Shown: positions 8,950 to 19,800 of the stretch, in pieces | Numbering within the stretch: position 1 is the stretch's first letter | Layout: every line of letters starts with the position of its first letter | Assembly (NCBI GenBank): GCA_963797095.1 | Contig: CAWCNY010000006.1 | Span: 160,001 to 224,000 of the forward strand | Source of the DNA: an uncultured Chloroflexia bacterium | GTDB taxonomy: Bacteria; Chloroflexota; Chloroflexia; QHBQ01; JADMIH01 | Length of the DNA: 64,000 nucleotides | Direction: 5' to 3' | Translations under genes and position numbers: made by a program | Notes under the pieces: generated by a model | What the model was told of the DNA's origin: nothing | Database searches by the model: none | Seen by the model: only the letters and a program-made list of their open reading frames with translations

Positions 8950-10128
8950 CTATTCGACGACTTCCAGATCAACTGTTGGGACGCGCATCTGCTGGCCGTT
9001 TGCCAGCTTCACATCGGCGGTAGGTGATACGACGCCCGACTGGGCCGAGCGCGGGCCCGCCGGTAGACCGGTGACCTGCGCCGTCTGCCCAAGGTAGCCC
9101 TGGGAAAGTAGCCTCACTATAGTACCCACCGCTAGCTTCGGCCCGATCTCCTCCGGCTTACGCACGGCTGTGGTGCGTGCCAGTGGGATGATTACTTCAG
9201 GTCGCGCCAGACCGCCGCGCAGGCGCGTCGTCCCGTCCACCGCGATTTCCTGCCCGTCGTAGCCAGCGATTGTTTCAAACACGCGCTTGCACATGGGCGC
9301 AAACCCGAAACCTTCCGTGATTATCAAGACAAAGTCGGGTGGCACGCCCAACTCGCCGCCGACTCCGGGCGGTGGAAAATCCCATCCCTTGCTTTCCCCC
9401 GAGGCCACGCCCATTCTCCAGGCTTCCAGCCCGCCGTAGCCCAGGAAGTTTGCAAGCTCGCCCGAACTCATACTGCCGACGATTGCGCCCCGTGCCCCAA
9501 GCTCGATCAACCGTCGTAGGGCGTCGGCGTTTACATCGCTGCCACCGAGCACGATGGAATAGGCAACCCTGGCATCGAGCCTATCGCGCGCGATAGGCTC
9601 GTCTTCGGCTGTTACCATGACCTTGAGGACACCGTGTTGCTCGCCGCCTACTCCAAATATGCCCCTCACCAGGTTGGCGGGTGTTTCCACGATAGCGCCG
9701 TAATGAGGTATCAGGTCGGTCACGATCCCTTTGAGGTGGGCGCGGACGCTGACAGGCTCGGCGGGTGTGGTTATCAGCCCTATTCCGGTGGCCGCGTCGA
9801 AGCCGGTGAAGGTGCCCGCTACAGGCGCCCGCGACACTCGCGACCCCATGCCCGCCCGTTGCGCCAATACTCCAGCCTGCTCAACCTGGGTTCCTGGGCT
9901 GACCAGAAGGCGTTTGGCGGTTGCCGCGGGGGACAGGTCCAGGTCGGCGGCGATGTCTACGCTTACTGGTTCGGACGCGAGGGTGCTCTGGGCAACGATA
10001 TCGCCCGGCTCGACGCGCGCACCCGCACGGACCAGCACTTCGCCGGGCACGGGGAGTCGCCTCTCCCGCCTTAGAAGAATGTTGGTGGCTATAGTGGGTT
10101 GGGGAATGGGGTAGTAGGGGCTGGCCAT
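8950..10128 (-). CDS. Conserved hypothetical soluble protein with barrel-sandwich-hybrid-like motifs and a KOW-like C-terminus
   Basis: GEVLVRAGARVEPGDIVA, LLVSPGTQVEQ, RAPVAG and VGTIVRLL motifs; TAATG overlap with the upstream gene. Confidence 0.8.
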   Translation of the reverse strand: MASPYYPIPQPTIATNILLRRERRLPVPGEVLVRAGARVEPGDIVAQSTLASEPVSVDIAADLDLSPAATAKRLLVSPGTQVEQAGVLAQRAGMGSRVSRAPVAGTFTGFDAATGIGLITTPAEPVSVRAHLKGIVTDLIPHYGAIVETPANLVRGIFGVGGEQHGVLKVMVTAEDEPIARDRLDARVAYSIVLGGSDVNADALRRLIELGARGAIVGSMSSGELANFLGYGGLEAWRMGVASGESKGWDFPPPGVGGELGVPPDFVLIITEGFGFAPMCKRVFETIAGYDGQEIAVDGTTRLRGGLARPEVIIPLARTTAVRKPEEIGPKLAVGTIVRLLSQGYLGQTAQVTGLPAGPRSAQSGVVSPTADVKLANGQQMRVPTVDLEVVE

Positions 10129-12090
10129 TATTCTATCCCTTCGACCGGAGGAGCTTCGATACCGGGCATGGCGTCGAAGGCCGCCCACCATCGCCTGGCC
10201 TGGTCCATACGCGCCTCAGGGTTTTCGGGGAACTCCAGCGGCCTCCCTCTGGCGTCCACGATCAGGCCCACAAGCCCGCCTTTCACCTCTTGTCCCGCCT
10301 GGGTCTTGAGGGCTTTGCCCGGCTCCCCGCTCCCGACCCGGAAGCCTGACGACGGCTTGACCGTGAGGGGCGCACGCTCGTCCGGCCTTAAAGGGATCAC
10401 GCTGATGCTTCCGTATGGCACTTCTACCGTCTCAGCGTCGCCGGATTTGCGTTCAACAGTTACCGTGACGGCGGTGCGAGATTCATCCGGCAATCTGCCG
10501 TCTTCCTGCGATTCGGTATCGGCCTGCACCACCAGCGCTGTGCCGAGCCACACCAGGCAATCGCGGTCGAATATGTATGAGGCGGCGGCCAGATGATGGT
10601 GGGCCAGATTGCCCAGCGCGGGGAGCAGCAGCGTTGTGTCTACCGCCAGTTCGACGGACCCCAGACCCTCCGCGAATGGTTGGAGGGCATCGAGCATGAG
10701 AAGGGCGGCCTGTCCCGGCCGGGGGGTGTAACCTAACAAACCTCCTGTGCCGATCAAGAGATCGTAACGTGGAGCACCTTCGCCGTAACCGCGCTGCAAG
10801 TCTTCCTGGGCTGCGAGGAGGGCTTCGCGAGCCAGAGCGTGCTCGATAGCCAGGTCGCGGGCCGTCTGGGGGAGCAACTGTGGCCTCACCAGCTTGTTCA
10901 GCACCCAATCAAGTAGCTCGTCCTCTGCCATCGCGAAAGGAAGCCACCGCAGCACGTTCGCCAGACCCCGCTCGGCGAGGAGATTGCCCACGCCGTAAGC
11001 AAGGCCTGTGTCGCCCCGGATGATGGCCGAGTTCGCGTTCGGCGTTCGCCAGGTAGAGTGATGTAGCGCTTGCTCCCACGTCCGCGATCAATGTTTCGCG
11101 CCCGTAGTGGGCGTACAGATAGCGCGCGATGAGCCTGATGCTTTCGGCGGTGGGCACTACCGCCCCCTCGATCCAGCGCGATAGCACAGGGTATCCGGGT
11201 AGTTGCGGCACCCGCCGCTCGCGATAGAGTCCCGCCATCATCTCCTCGGCTGGACCTGTCTGTTCAATGGTCAGGCCGGGGCGCAGGTTAGCTACAGCTC
11301 GTACCTCAACCACCGATTTGAGCGTCTCGGATACTGCGTCCTGGGCCGCCGAATTGCCTGCGTAGATGGCGGTGGGCGTGCCTGGGGCTTGCTTGTTGAC
11401 CCTGGCCGCACGCTCGGCGCGGCTCGCTTGCTCACGTGAGGCCCCGGCCACTACTTTCGCCAAACGCACCAGTGGCGCTACCGGGCCGCCCTCGATGCCG
11501 CCTGCGATCAATACTACCTCCGGCGGCATGGCAAGCAGTTTGTCCATCTGCTCCTGTAGCCAGGCGGTGGATGCCTTGCTCAGAAGGGCATCGTCTTCGC
11601 TGGGTATTTCCTTTACGCCTTCGTCTAAAGTGATGTGTGCTACGATATGGGTGTATGCGCTCTCGGCTGCCTGTAACGCGCTAGGCTCCGAAATGTCGCT
11701 GCTGACAGCAGCAACTGCCACTCGCAAGGCGGGGGCCGCACTGGACGTGGCTATGAAGAGGTCCAGCCCGCTCCCATCCCTGCGCTGCGGCACTATGAGT
11801 CTGTTTTCTTCGGTCAGCTTTCGGCCTGTGATGCCCTCAAGCTCGCGCACTGCGTTGTAGACTCCGGCGGTTACGTCGTTGTAGGGAGCTTCGGCGGTTG
11901 TGAGGGCGGATGCCCGCGCCACGAAGCGGTATTCGTCGCCTACCACGTCGAACAGTGCGGCGCGCGTATTCAGTGAGCCGATGTCGACCGCCAGGATAGC
12001 GCCGACGGTCGCGACTGTGGGCGCCCCCTCCTGCTGTTCTGCTATCACAGCCTGCGGGCCGGTATTCTCCAACTTACCGATGTTGCTCAT
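10128..12090 (-). CDS. GlmL/MutL (glutamate mutase L)-like ASKHA actin-fold ATPase, with a +1 frameshift near 11035
   Basis: AVDIGSLNT, TSSAAPAL, IAGGIEGG, ADVGASATS and DLLIGTGG motifs spread over two overlapping frames. Confidence 0.8.
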
Positions 12091-12145
12091 AAATCACTCT
12101 TACTGGAGGTAAAGCTCAGGCAATTGTGCCTGGCTGTGAGGTCCT

Positions 12146-12814
12146 CTACAACTGCCACAATCTTTGTACTAATTCCACGAGGGACACCAGGCGCTCGATC
12201 AGAGCGGCATAGAAAGTGGTGGCGAGGGAGCCGAGTATAGCCCCGAAAGCGAGCACCAGCACCCATCGCCCCACTATCGAAAGCTGTTGTACAGGCATGG
12301 GCCTGGCGCCGTCGGCTCGTGCTCCGAAAGCGAAATACGACAAAGCGCACACTACCCCCGCCACCAAGACTATGTTACCCACCAGCGCCGCGAGAGAGGC
12401 AGGGTCGCTGCTTATGGTTACCAGACGCATGGTGTCGAGGGCCTGCGGTACGATTGCCCCGGCCAATGCGCCACCGAGCGCCAGCGATGCACCTACTACC
12501 ACTACGAGGTTGAGGCCAAAGGACGCAGGCCACGCGCCAGGATAGGCGATCCTTAAGAGCAGCAGCAGGCCGAGCGCCACGGGCACCATCCCAAGCCACC
12601 TGTCGGCGGCAGGGGTTCCCTCAGCGGGCACGATTATGCGCGCTATCTGTGGGGCGACCACCTGCGTCAGCACCACCAGCGATACGTATCCGACGGACAC
12701 GCCTACCAGCAGGCTTTGGGCTATCTTCCACAGGGGGTTCGCCCCTAGCAGATAGCTGAACACCATCAATGTAAGCAGCCCGGCTACAATTGCGCCGATC
12801 AGATTAGCATCCAT
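12146..12814 (-). CDS. Hypothetical 6-TM membrane protein of the GlmL-like operon
   Basis: Hydrophobic; FSYLLGANPLW, LLVGVSVGY and GRWVLVLAFGAILG motifs. Confidence 0.85.
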   Translation of the reverse strand: MDANLIGAIVAGLLTLMVFSYLLGANPLWKIAQSLLVGVSVGYVSLVVLTQVVAPQIARIIVPAEGTPAADRWLGMVPVALGLLLLLRIAYPGAWPASFGLNLVVVVGASLALGGALAGAIVPQALDTMRLVTISSDPASLAALVGNIVLVAGVVCALSYFAFGARADGARPMPVQQLSIVGRWVLVLAFGAILGSLATTFYAALIERLVSLVELVQRLWQL

Positions 12815-12829
12815 CGCTTTTGGGACCTA

Positions 12830-14728
12830 TCATCCTCTTCTCATTATTCTTCTCGCACCCTGTGCCAGAAATGCCGACACGATTACAAGTGCCGCCAGCA
12901 GCGCGGCTACCGATTGCGCGTTCAGGCGCGTGGTCAGCTCCACGGTCTTTGTAAGTACGCCACCGCCCAGGCCATTTTCCTCCAACTGCTGCATATAGGC
13001 ATATGCTCCGGTCGTGCCGCTCACAACTGCCTGCAACCCGGCCCCTGGCACCTGCAAATATGGCCTTGCCAATGGCTCAAGCCCTTGCGGGATAGCTGCC
13101 ACCACCGGCACGTTAGTGCGAGATGCCACCTGCTCGATCCAGTTTCTCATCTCGGCTTCCGTCCCGGCCAGGTCTACTATCAGCGCGAAGTCCTCCACTT
13201 TGTTGAGCGCACCACCAGCCGTCAACTGGTAGCTGTCGACCGGCCTGCTATTGATGTAATCGAGGGGAAGCAGCGCCTTGAAGTTGCCTACGAGTGTGCG
13301 CAGTGCTGCTTCGCTTCCGGGCAAGTAGCCGAGCACAAGGTAGTCTGTGCCGTACTCATATTCGTACCCCGGCTCAGTCTTGAGGGCATCTGTGACCTCT
13401 TGTGCGAAGCCCGGACCCTGGGGCACTGTGCTCACAGTCACGAATGAAAGATGCCGCCACATGATATGCTGCATGACAGCCTGCGACATAATCGACATCT
13501 CCGCCGACCTGCCGGCATCCCAGTCGTATACGACCAGCACCGGCCTGTCGAGCGGCACCGAATCGATAGCTTTATAGAATTCGATAGCCCCGGGTGCATT
13601 CACCGCAGGAGTGTTGCCGAAGGGCGGCCTGACTATCACAACTGCCAGCAGCGCGGCCAGAATCACGAGGTAGATCACTCCGTTGGGGAAGAGCCATTGC
13701 CTGACTTTGCTGCGACTTGCCTGCGCGCTCATGCGTGTTGCCTGGGCCGCCAGCGCCCGGCGGCTCCGCACCACGGGCATCGGGACCACGCGCCGTGTTG
13801 ATTCGGGCGCGGGAGGTTGCAGTAGTTGAGCCAGCGTCTCTACAGAACCGGGCCTGGGTGCCTTCACAGGGATGTTGCGCGAGGCTATCCCGGCCATATC
13901 TTCTTCGAGGGTGAAATTAGCAGGTGGGGCTGTGACGGTCCGGCCTTGTACGGGTATGGCTGCCGGTTGTGTTGGTGCGTCCTGTGTTATCGCGCCTGAG
14001 CCTTCGCCGCCCATATTGCGCACGAAATCGGGCAGTTGTTCGCTGGCGTCAGCCTCGGCGGGAGGAGCGAAAGGCTCTATCCCTTCGATACCCAGGTCGG
14101 CCAGTTCCGTGCTCCGCAATTCCTGCGAAGGCACCGATTGCAGCGTTTCCTGCACGGTTACATTGCCGAGCCAGGGTGGCAGGCCCGGCGGTGCATTATC
14201 GGCCTCTTCGTCTTCGGGCGTTTCGCCTGCCTCTGTCCCACCTTCTGTGGAGCTTGCCGCCTCTTCGTCTGCGCCTTTGTGCGCCCAGGGCATAATATGC
14301 GCAAGCTCCTCAGGCTCGTACCCTCCCTCGGGTGCTATAGGGCTGGACGAAGGCTCAAGTATGCTTACCACCCAGTTGGGCGGTGGGGCATCAGGGGCCT
14401 CGGCTTCTTTACCAGGTTCTGCGGCTTCCGCCGCATCTTCTGTGGAGCCTGGAGATGGAGAGGCGGCCTCAGATTCTTCTGCCAATTCAGTCCCCGTATT
14501 TTCGGTCTTACCGGCGATTTCAGGTTGGGCCGCAGCGTTAACTTTCTCAGGGCCAAGTCCGGTGGTTGGCAATACAGCTTTTTCATTGACCGCCTGGAGC
14601 CAGGGGAGGTCCATAAACTCATGGTCGTGTTCTTCGCCTTCCTGGCGAGGCAAGGCAGCGCCGCACCGGGCGCAAAATCGCCCTGTGTTGCGGTTAGTAG
14701 CCCCACAATTTTGACAGATTACATCCAT
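12830..14728 (-). CDS. Zinc-ribbon + acidic disordered region + TM-domain-TM protein
   Basis: CQNCG...FCARCG at the N-terminus, about 300 aa of E/A/P-rich sequence with PPW motifs, then TM, an alpha/beta domain and a C-terminal TM. Confidence 0.85.
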   Translation of the reverse strand: MDVICQNCGATNRNTGRFCARCGAALPRQEGEEHDHEFMDLPWLQAVNEKAVLPTTGLGPEKVNAAAQPEIAGKTENTGTELAEESEAASPSPGSTEDAAEAAEPGKEAEAPDAPPPNWVVSILEPSSSPIAPEGGYEPEELAHIMPWAHKGADEEAASSTEGGTEAGETPEDEEADNAPPGLPPWLGNVTVQETLQSVPSQELRSTELADLGIEGIEPFAPPAEADASEQLPDFVRNMGGEGSGAITQDAPTQPAAIPVQGRTVTAPPANFTLEEDMAGIASRNIPVKAPRPGSVETLAQLLQPPAPESTRRVVPMPVVRSRRALAAQATRMSAQASRSKVRQWLFPNGVIYLVILAALLAVVIVRPPFGNTPAVNAPGAIEFYKAIDSVPLDRPVLVVYDWDAGRSAEMSIMSQAVMQHIMWRHLSFVTVSTVPQGPGFAQEVTDALKTEPGYEYEYGTDYLVLGYLPGSEAALRTLVGNFKALLPLDYINSRPVDSYQLTAGGALNKVEDFALIVDLAGTEAEMRNWIEQVASRTNVPVVAAIPQGLEPLARPYLQVPGAGLQAVVSGTTGAYAYMQQLEENGLGGGVLTKTVELTTRLNAQSVAALLAALVIVSAFLAQGARRIMRRG

Positions 14729-14732
14729 AAGG

Positions 14733-14772
14733 CGTGACGAGTGACGAGTGACGAGTGACGAGTGACGAGTGA
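14733..14772. repeat. Heptamer repeat (GTGACGA)x5 within the operon
   Basis: Read directly. Confidence 0.9.
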
Positions 14773-14809
14773 TTATCGCTTACTGCTTATTTCTGGTGTT
14801 GATCGTTTG

Positions 14810-15448
14810 TCATTCCAGGTATGGCCTGTCGAAGCCGAGCAGTATGCGCAGGCTCAACCCGATTGCGCCGAAGGCTACTCCCAGGATGATAGCACGTATG
14901 CCCGCTAGCACCGGGTAGTCCAGCAGCCAATCTTTGATGCTTACCAGTACATCGAGCGGTGGCGCGGCTGCGAAAGGTGCCTGGCCGAGCACCACCACCA
15001 CTGCTACCAGCAACAGGACTGTGGCCTCCCGGCTCTTGAGCCGCATCGACCGGAACAAGGCGGTCGTCAGGAAGAACGCGAGCAAACTGAACAGTGCCGC
15101 ACCAAGGGGCTGGTATATCCACTTGAATATCCAGGCCACAGTGTCGGTTCCTGGGCTGCCTCCGATCAATCCCAGCGCCAGTACTGCTATCGCGCTTCCC
15201 ACCAGGATCAAGCTATAGAGCCAATCGGTTTCGCGCTTCAAGACGCGACCTATATGCACCTTCATGAGGTTGCCCAATCCGACCAGCAAGGCGAATCCAA
15301 CCAGCACCGCCACCCATTGTGCCAGCATCCCGCCCCAATCGGAGAATGTGCCCCGTGTGAAGAAGCCCACGATACTGATCACCCCGGCGACATACGCCAG
15401 GCCCAGGTTGAGTATCAGTATTGCGGTGGATGTGATGCGGTTTGACAT
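14810..15448 (-). CDS. Hypothetical 5-6 TM membrane protein of the GlmL-like operon
   Basis: IYQPLGAALFSLLAF and AGIRAIILGVAFG...LRILLG.DRPY motifs. Confidence 0.85.
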   Translation of the reverse strand: MSNRITSTAILILNLGLAYVAGVISIVGFFTRGTFSDWGGMLAQWVAVLVGFALLVGLGNLMKVHIGRVLKRETDWLYSLILVGSAIAVLALGLIGGSPGTDTVAWIFKWIYQPLGAALFSLLAFFLTTALFRSMRLKSREATVLLLVAVVVVLGQAPFAAAPPLDVLVSIKDWLLDYPVLAGIRAIILGVAFGAIGLSLRILLGFDRPYLE

Positions 15449-15499
15449 GGATGGTGATAGGTGATAGGTGATACGTGAACAAGTGATCACGTTTACGGG

Positions 15500-16330
15500 T
15501 TACGGGATAATACTTACAACCTCATTCCAGTTGATGCCTAGCAGGTTCCCGATTATGAACCCCAGCACTATCAAGATAATAAGCACCCAGCGCAGGCCAT
15601 CCTGGGCCAGTAAGGAGGCTGTGTGTGTGGTCCTGCGTTCAAGGTAGGCCCCTGAGGCGAATATCTCTTCGCCGATCAGGGTGTGGTCGGCGCTAATGCT
15701 GATCAGGGCTAAAGCCTGGTGGTCTGATGCTCCAATGATCTGTTGCGCGCCGTTTCTGCGCTGTACTTCGGTCAGGATCAATACTTCAGGCCCAAACTGC
15801 CCCACCATTACGGCGCTCGAAATCTTCTGCCCCTCGACCACCTCGGTGGCTCCCGCCACGTAGGCCAGCGGGTCGGCATGTGTCAGGAAGCGTGCTTCGC
15901 TACCCTCGTTCTCTGCTGACCACCCGGACCTGCTTGCCCCGCGTCTGAGCGCATTGTCTGTCAGCGCGTAAGCCACTGCATCATTGGTGGTGGCCTGCAC
16001 AGGAGCGCCCGTGATCGCACTCACCCGCGCCATAAACTCGACCACCGCCATGCCTGCCAGGGTGGCCGCACTCCCCACACCCTGAGTGCCCACGCTTCCC
16101 GTCCCAGGAGATATGTGCACCGCTCGACCTGTCTCAGCCGATAAGGCCAATCCTTCATTGGCTGCTTCGTACCCCGCGATTGGGCGGAGCGTGTAGGCTG
16201 ATGCTGTCTTTGTTGTTGCTTTCTGGCCCCATCCCGACCGCCACAGGTATATCAAGAAGAGCACCAGGAAGAGCACCAACCCGCCCAGCATGACAAGTAA
16301 GGCGCTCCCGTAAGCAGGCTCGACGCTCAT
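15500..16330 (-). CDS. DUF6754-like membrane protein
   Basis: TM, LRPIAGY, AETGRAVHISPG, TLIGEEIFASGAYL, ASLLAQD..RW and a C-terminal TM. Confidence 0.8.
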   Translation of the reverse strand: MSVEPAYGSALLVMLGGLVLFLVLFLIYLWRSGWGQKATTKTASAYTLRPIAGYEAANEGLALSAETGRAVHISPGTGSVGTQGVGSAATLAGMAVVEFMARVSAITGAPVQATTNDAVAYALTDNALRRGASRSGWSAENEGSEARFLTHADPLAYVAGATEVVEGQKISSAVMVGQFGPEVLILTEVQRRNGAQQIIGASDHQALALISISADHTLIGEEIFASGAYLERRTTHTASLLAQDGLRWVLIILIVLGFIIGNLLGINWNEVVSIIP

Positions 16331-16689
16331 CGCTCTTTGTCCTCCGCAGCCATTTCGGACTGATCCGAAAAGTCGCTCAGGTAGGCCTCCAGCTTGCCAA
16401 GACCATCATCACTCTCCAACAGCCGGGCTACGCTGCCGATAGAAGTTGTGCTCCTTCGTGATAATGGCCCCAGCGCACCCAGGAACGGCTCCAGCGCCCA
16501 AGCGAATTGCCCAGCTATCCAGTGCAAAGGTTTCAAGGCATCAAGCGCTACCCGCGCCGTCCCTCCCATGCCTGCGCGGTTTATAGCTTGCGCAAGCCTG
16601 TATGCTTCACTGTTAGGTTGTTCTCCTGATATGGAGCGTGTGGGCTTTTCGTTGCCTGGAGTGGCTGCCAAGAGTTCCCGTCCTTTCAT
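16327..16689 (-). CDS. Hypothetical protein, first gene of the operon
   Basis: ATGA overlap with the DUF6754-like gene; LDALKPLHWIAGQF motif. Confidence 0.75.
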   Translation of the reverse strand: MKGRELLAATPGNEKPTRSISGEQPNSEAYRLAQAINRAGMGGTARVALDALKPLHWIAGQFAWALEPFLGALGPLSRRSTTSIGSVARLLESDDGLGKLEAYLSDFSDQSEMAAEDKER

Positions 16690-16788
16690 GGGCTGGGGAG
16701 TGGAGTCACATTATAGCTATGCGCAGCTACTATGGTCAAGAAATCACATTAAGTTCCTCGAATGTGGAAAACAATATTAAATTTTAAG

Positions 16789-16818
16789 AAGGACGACGGC
16801 GCGTGCGCCGTCGTCCTT
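16789..16818. terminator. Intrinsic terminator of the S8 peptidase gene
   Basis: Perfect stem AAGGACGACGGCGC...GCGCCGTCGTCCTT. Confidence 0.8.
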
Positions 16819-16839
16819 GTTGTTGCCAGGTCGCGGAGA

Positions 16840-19800
16840 CTATCGTTCGGTGGTAGCACAACCTGGGAAGAATGTGTTGGCCACTATCTTGGAGGCTTGC
16901 CCTCTCGTCGCATTGGCTCCTGGCCTGAAGTATGGCAGGTTGGCAGGGCCTACACATGGCTCTCCCACTCCTCCACATGCGTACCCGTTCATGATGCCCC
17001 GGTCCGTCAGCCTCCATATCCAGTCGTAGAAGGTTGACCCTGGCAGTACGTCCTGGAACTGCTGGTCTCCTACCGGGTCCGAGTACCCCGCTGCCTCTGA
17101 CACTATCTTGGACAGTTGTCCTCTCGTCACGTTGGCATTCGGTCTGAAGTACGGCAGGTTCCCTGGGCCTACACATGGCTCTCCTGGTCCTCCACATGGG
17201 TACCCTGCGATGATGTCGCGGCTGGCCAGCCTCCCTATGAAGTCGTAGAAGGTTGAACCGAGTGGCACATCCTCGAAGCGCTGGGGACCTGGGTCATCAT
17301 TGTAGCCAGCTGAGTTGGACACTATCTTGGACAGTTGTCCTCTCGTCACGTTGTTGTTGGGGCGGAAGCATGGGTTGCCGCTCTCGCACCCTGAGGTGTA
17401 ACCGTTGATGATGCCCCTACATGCCATGCAGGTGATGTAGTCGTAGAAGGTAGAGCCTGGGGGCACGTCAGTGAAGGTGATGGAGCAAGCTGTGGGGGTG
17501 GCGGTTGGTGGCACAGGTGTGTTGGTAGGCTCAGTAATGGGAGTATTGGTAGGCTCAGTAATGGGAGTATTGGTAGGCTCAGTAATGGGAGTATCGGTGG
17601 GAGGCACAGGCGTGTCGGTGGGTGGTACAGGTGTGTCGGTGGGGGTAGCTGTAGGCTCGGCACATGGTGTGATCGATGGAGGAGTGCCCATCGTGAAGCG
17701 GAAAGCGGTGTTGCTGCCCAACCTGCCCGGCTGGTTGAAGGAAAGCTGGATCGCAGATGTGCCGTTGTCGTCCTCGATACCTGCGGTTGAGCTATAGCCA
17801 TATCCAAACGCGGCATCCAGGTCTTCATAGACTATGGTGATACGATTGGTGGTTTCTTCAAGCTGTACCTCGAACGTGATTGGATCGTTTAGGCTCCCGC
17901 CTCCGTTCGTACCAGCTACGTCTCGCCACTCGATGACGAACGTACAATTCGGTGCGCTGCCTGATACCCCTGTGTAGACGTCACCATACGCGATGGCACG
18001 CGGGTCCACAGCCAGGTCGTCCCAATATGGATAGATGGCATTGTTGGGGTAGTTGTAATTGGAGGTGTGGGTAGTAGGGCCGGGGTTGGGTATTCCGGTG
18101 TTGGCCCACATCCTGGCGAAAGTGAAATCCTTAAACGTCAGGAAGCCATTGGTGCTGACGTTGAGGGTCGTATATGTGCCCGTGTAGTAGTTGAAGGCGA
18201 ATGGCAGCGTTACCGCCGAGTATCCATCTTCGTAATCATCGAACGTCAGAGCGGTTGTGCCTGCTATCCAGTTGGGCGTTGGCATATCTACGACGTATGT
18301 GCTGTCATAAGCCGGGCCGAATGTGAAGTCATGTGTCATAGCCGCGCCGACATTTACGACATCTACAATTGGCTGGTAACCTGCGCCCGCATCGGCTGTG
18401 AACGTGTAGGTTCCGGCGGGTAGGTTCACGCTGTACATTCCGCTAACCGGGTTGTTTTGCACAACCAACGATGCAGGCGGGTCGATAGTCACCGTGCCGG
18501 ACAAAGGCGCGCAAGAGCCGTTCTCGAAGAGATAACCTGATACCGCAAAGGTCGGTAGAGGTGTGAGGCTGACGTTGAGCACCGGGCTTGTATCGGTGAG
18601 CCAACTCTGCCCGCTGAGATTGGCGGTCTGGTATCCGAATGCCGATACGGTTACATCATAGGTACCTGCCAGCACAGTCATGCTGTAAGCGCCGCTGGCG
18701 TGCGTCACTACCGAGTAGGTATCGCCGTCGCTTGTTCGCTGAGCGGTAACATGAGCTCCCTCGATTGCGGAGCCATCGCTCACGGTGCCGCTGACATGCG
18801 GGCCGTGTACCGCCATTTCGATAGCGGTATCAGCCTGCACAAGACCCCAACCATAGTTGTTGTTAGGGCGTGCGCCCCAGGATGCCTGGAAGTAGGCGGT
18901 GCGGGTCAGAATGCCCATTACGTCTGTGTACGTAAGCGAAGGGTTGGCCGACAGGACGAGAGCCATCACGCCTGATACGTGAGGCGTTGCCATAGATGTG
19001 CCTGAGATCGAACCGTAGGTGTTGCCGGGGAAGCTGGAGCGCACGTTTACGCCTGGTGCGTTTACGTCCGGCTTGACAACTCCTCCCCAGCACGAAGGTC
19101 CACGGCTGGAGAAACTGGCGATGGTCAGGTTCGAGGCGTTAATAGCGCCGACGCCGATCAGGAATGGATATCCACCAGGGGAGCCGACTGTTCCGGCTGA
19201 GGGCCCCGCGTTGCCGTTGGCGAACGACGGCATAATACCTGCGTCGATCCAGGCTTGCATGATGAGCCAGCTATCGGTGTTCCAACATTCGTTGTCGCCC
19301 CATGAGTTAGTGACGATATTGGGCCGGAGGTCGGGGCGGCGGTTCTCTCCATTGAGATCCCAGGGCGCAAGCATAAAGTCTTCCGCAGGGGTGATCTCTT
19401 CGTTACCCGACGAGCCGCCACCAATGCCGGTAGGGAAGACCTTGGCGGCGATCCACTTGGCGTGCGGTGCTACACCAATCTGATTGGTCAGGGTGGGATC
19501 TTCGCCCAACACCGTGCCCATTGTATGCGTACCGTGTCCATTGTCATCGTATGGTACAGGTGAAGGAGTGGCATCTGCGCGGGCATCCCACCAGTTGTAA
19601 TTGTGGTCATAGGAGCCATCGCCCAGGTAGCCCCTGTACTGGCGGAATAGGGCTTCGTGTGTATAGTCAACCCCGGTATCGATACTTCCTACGACTATAC
19701 CCTGGCCGAAGTAACCCTCGGCCCATGCCTGGGGTGCATGTACCGTCTGCACGCCTAATTCGACGGTGTCGGGAGAGTTGGAATCGACCACACTGGACGT

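Noticed and set aside
10128-12090. DNA mismatch-repair MutL or a glutamate fermentation locus
   Set aside because: The motifs are ASKHA-type rather than GHKL, and no mutase subunits are in the window
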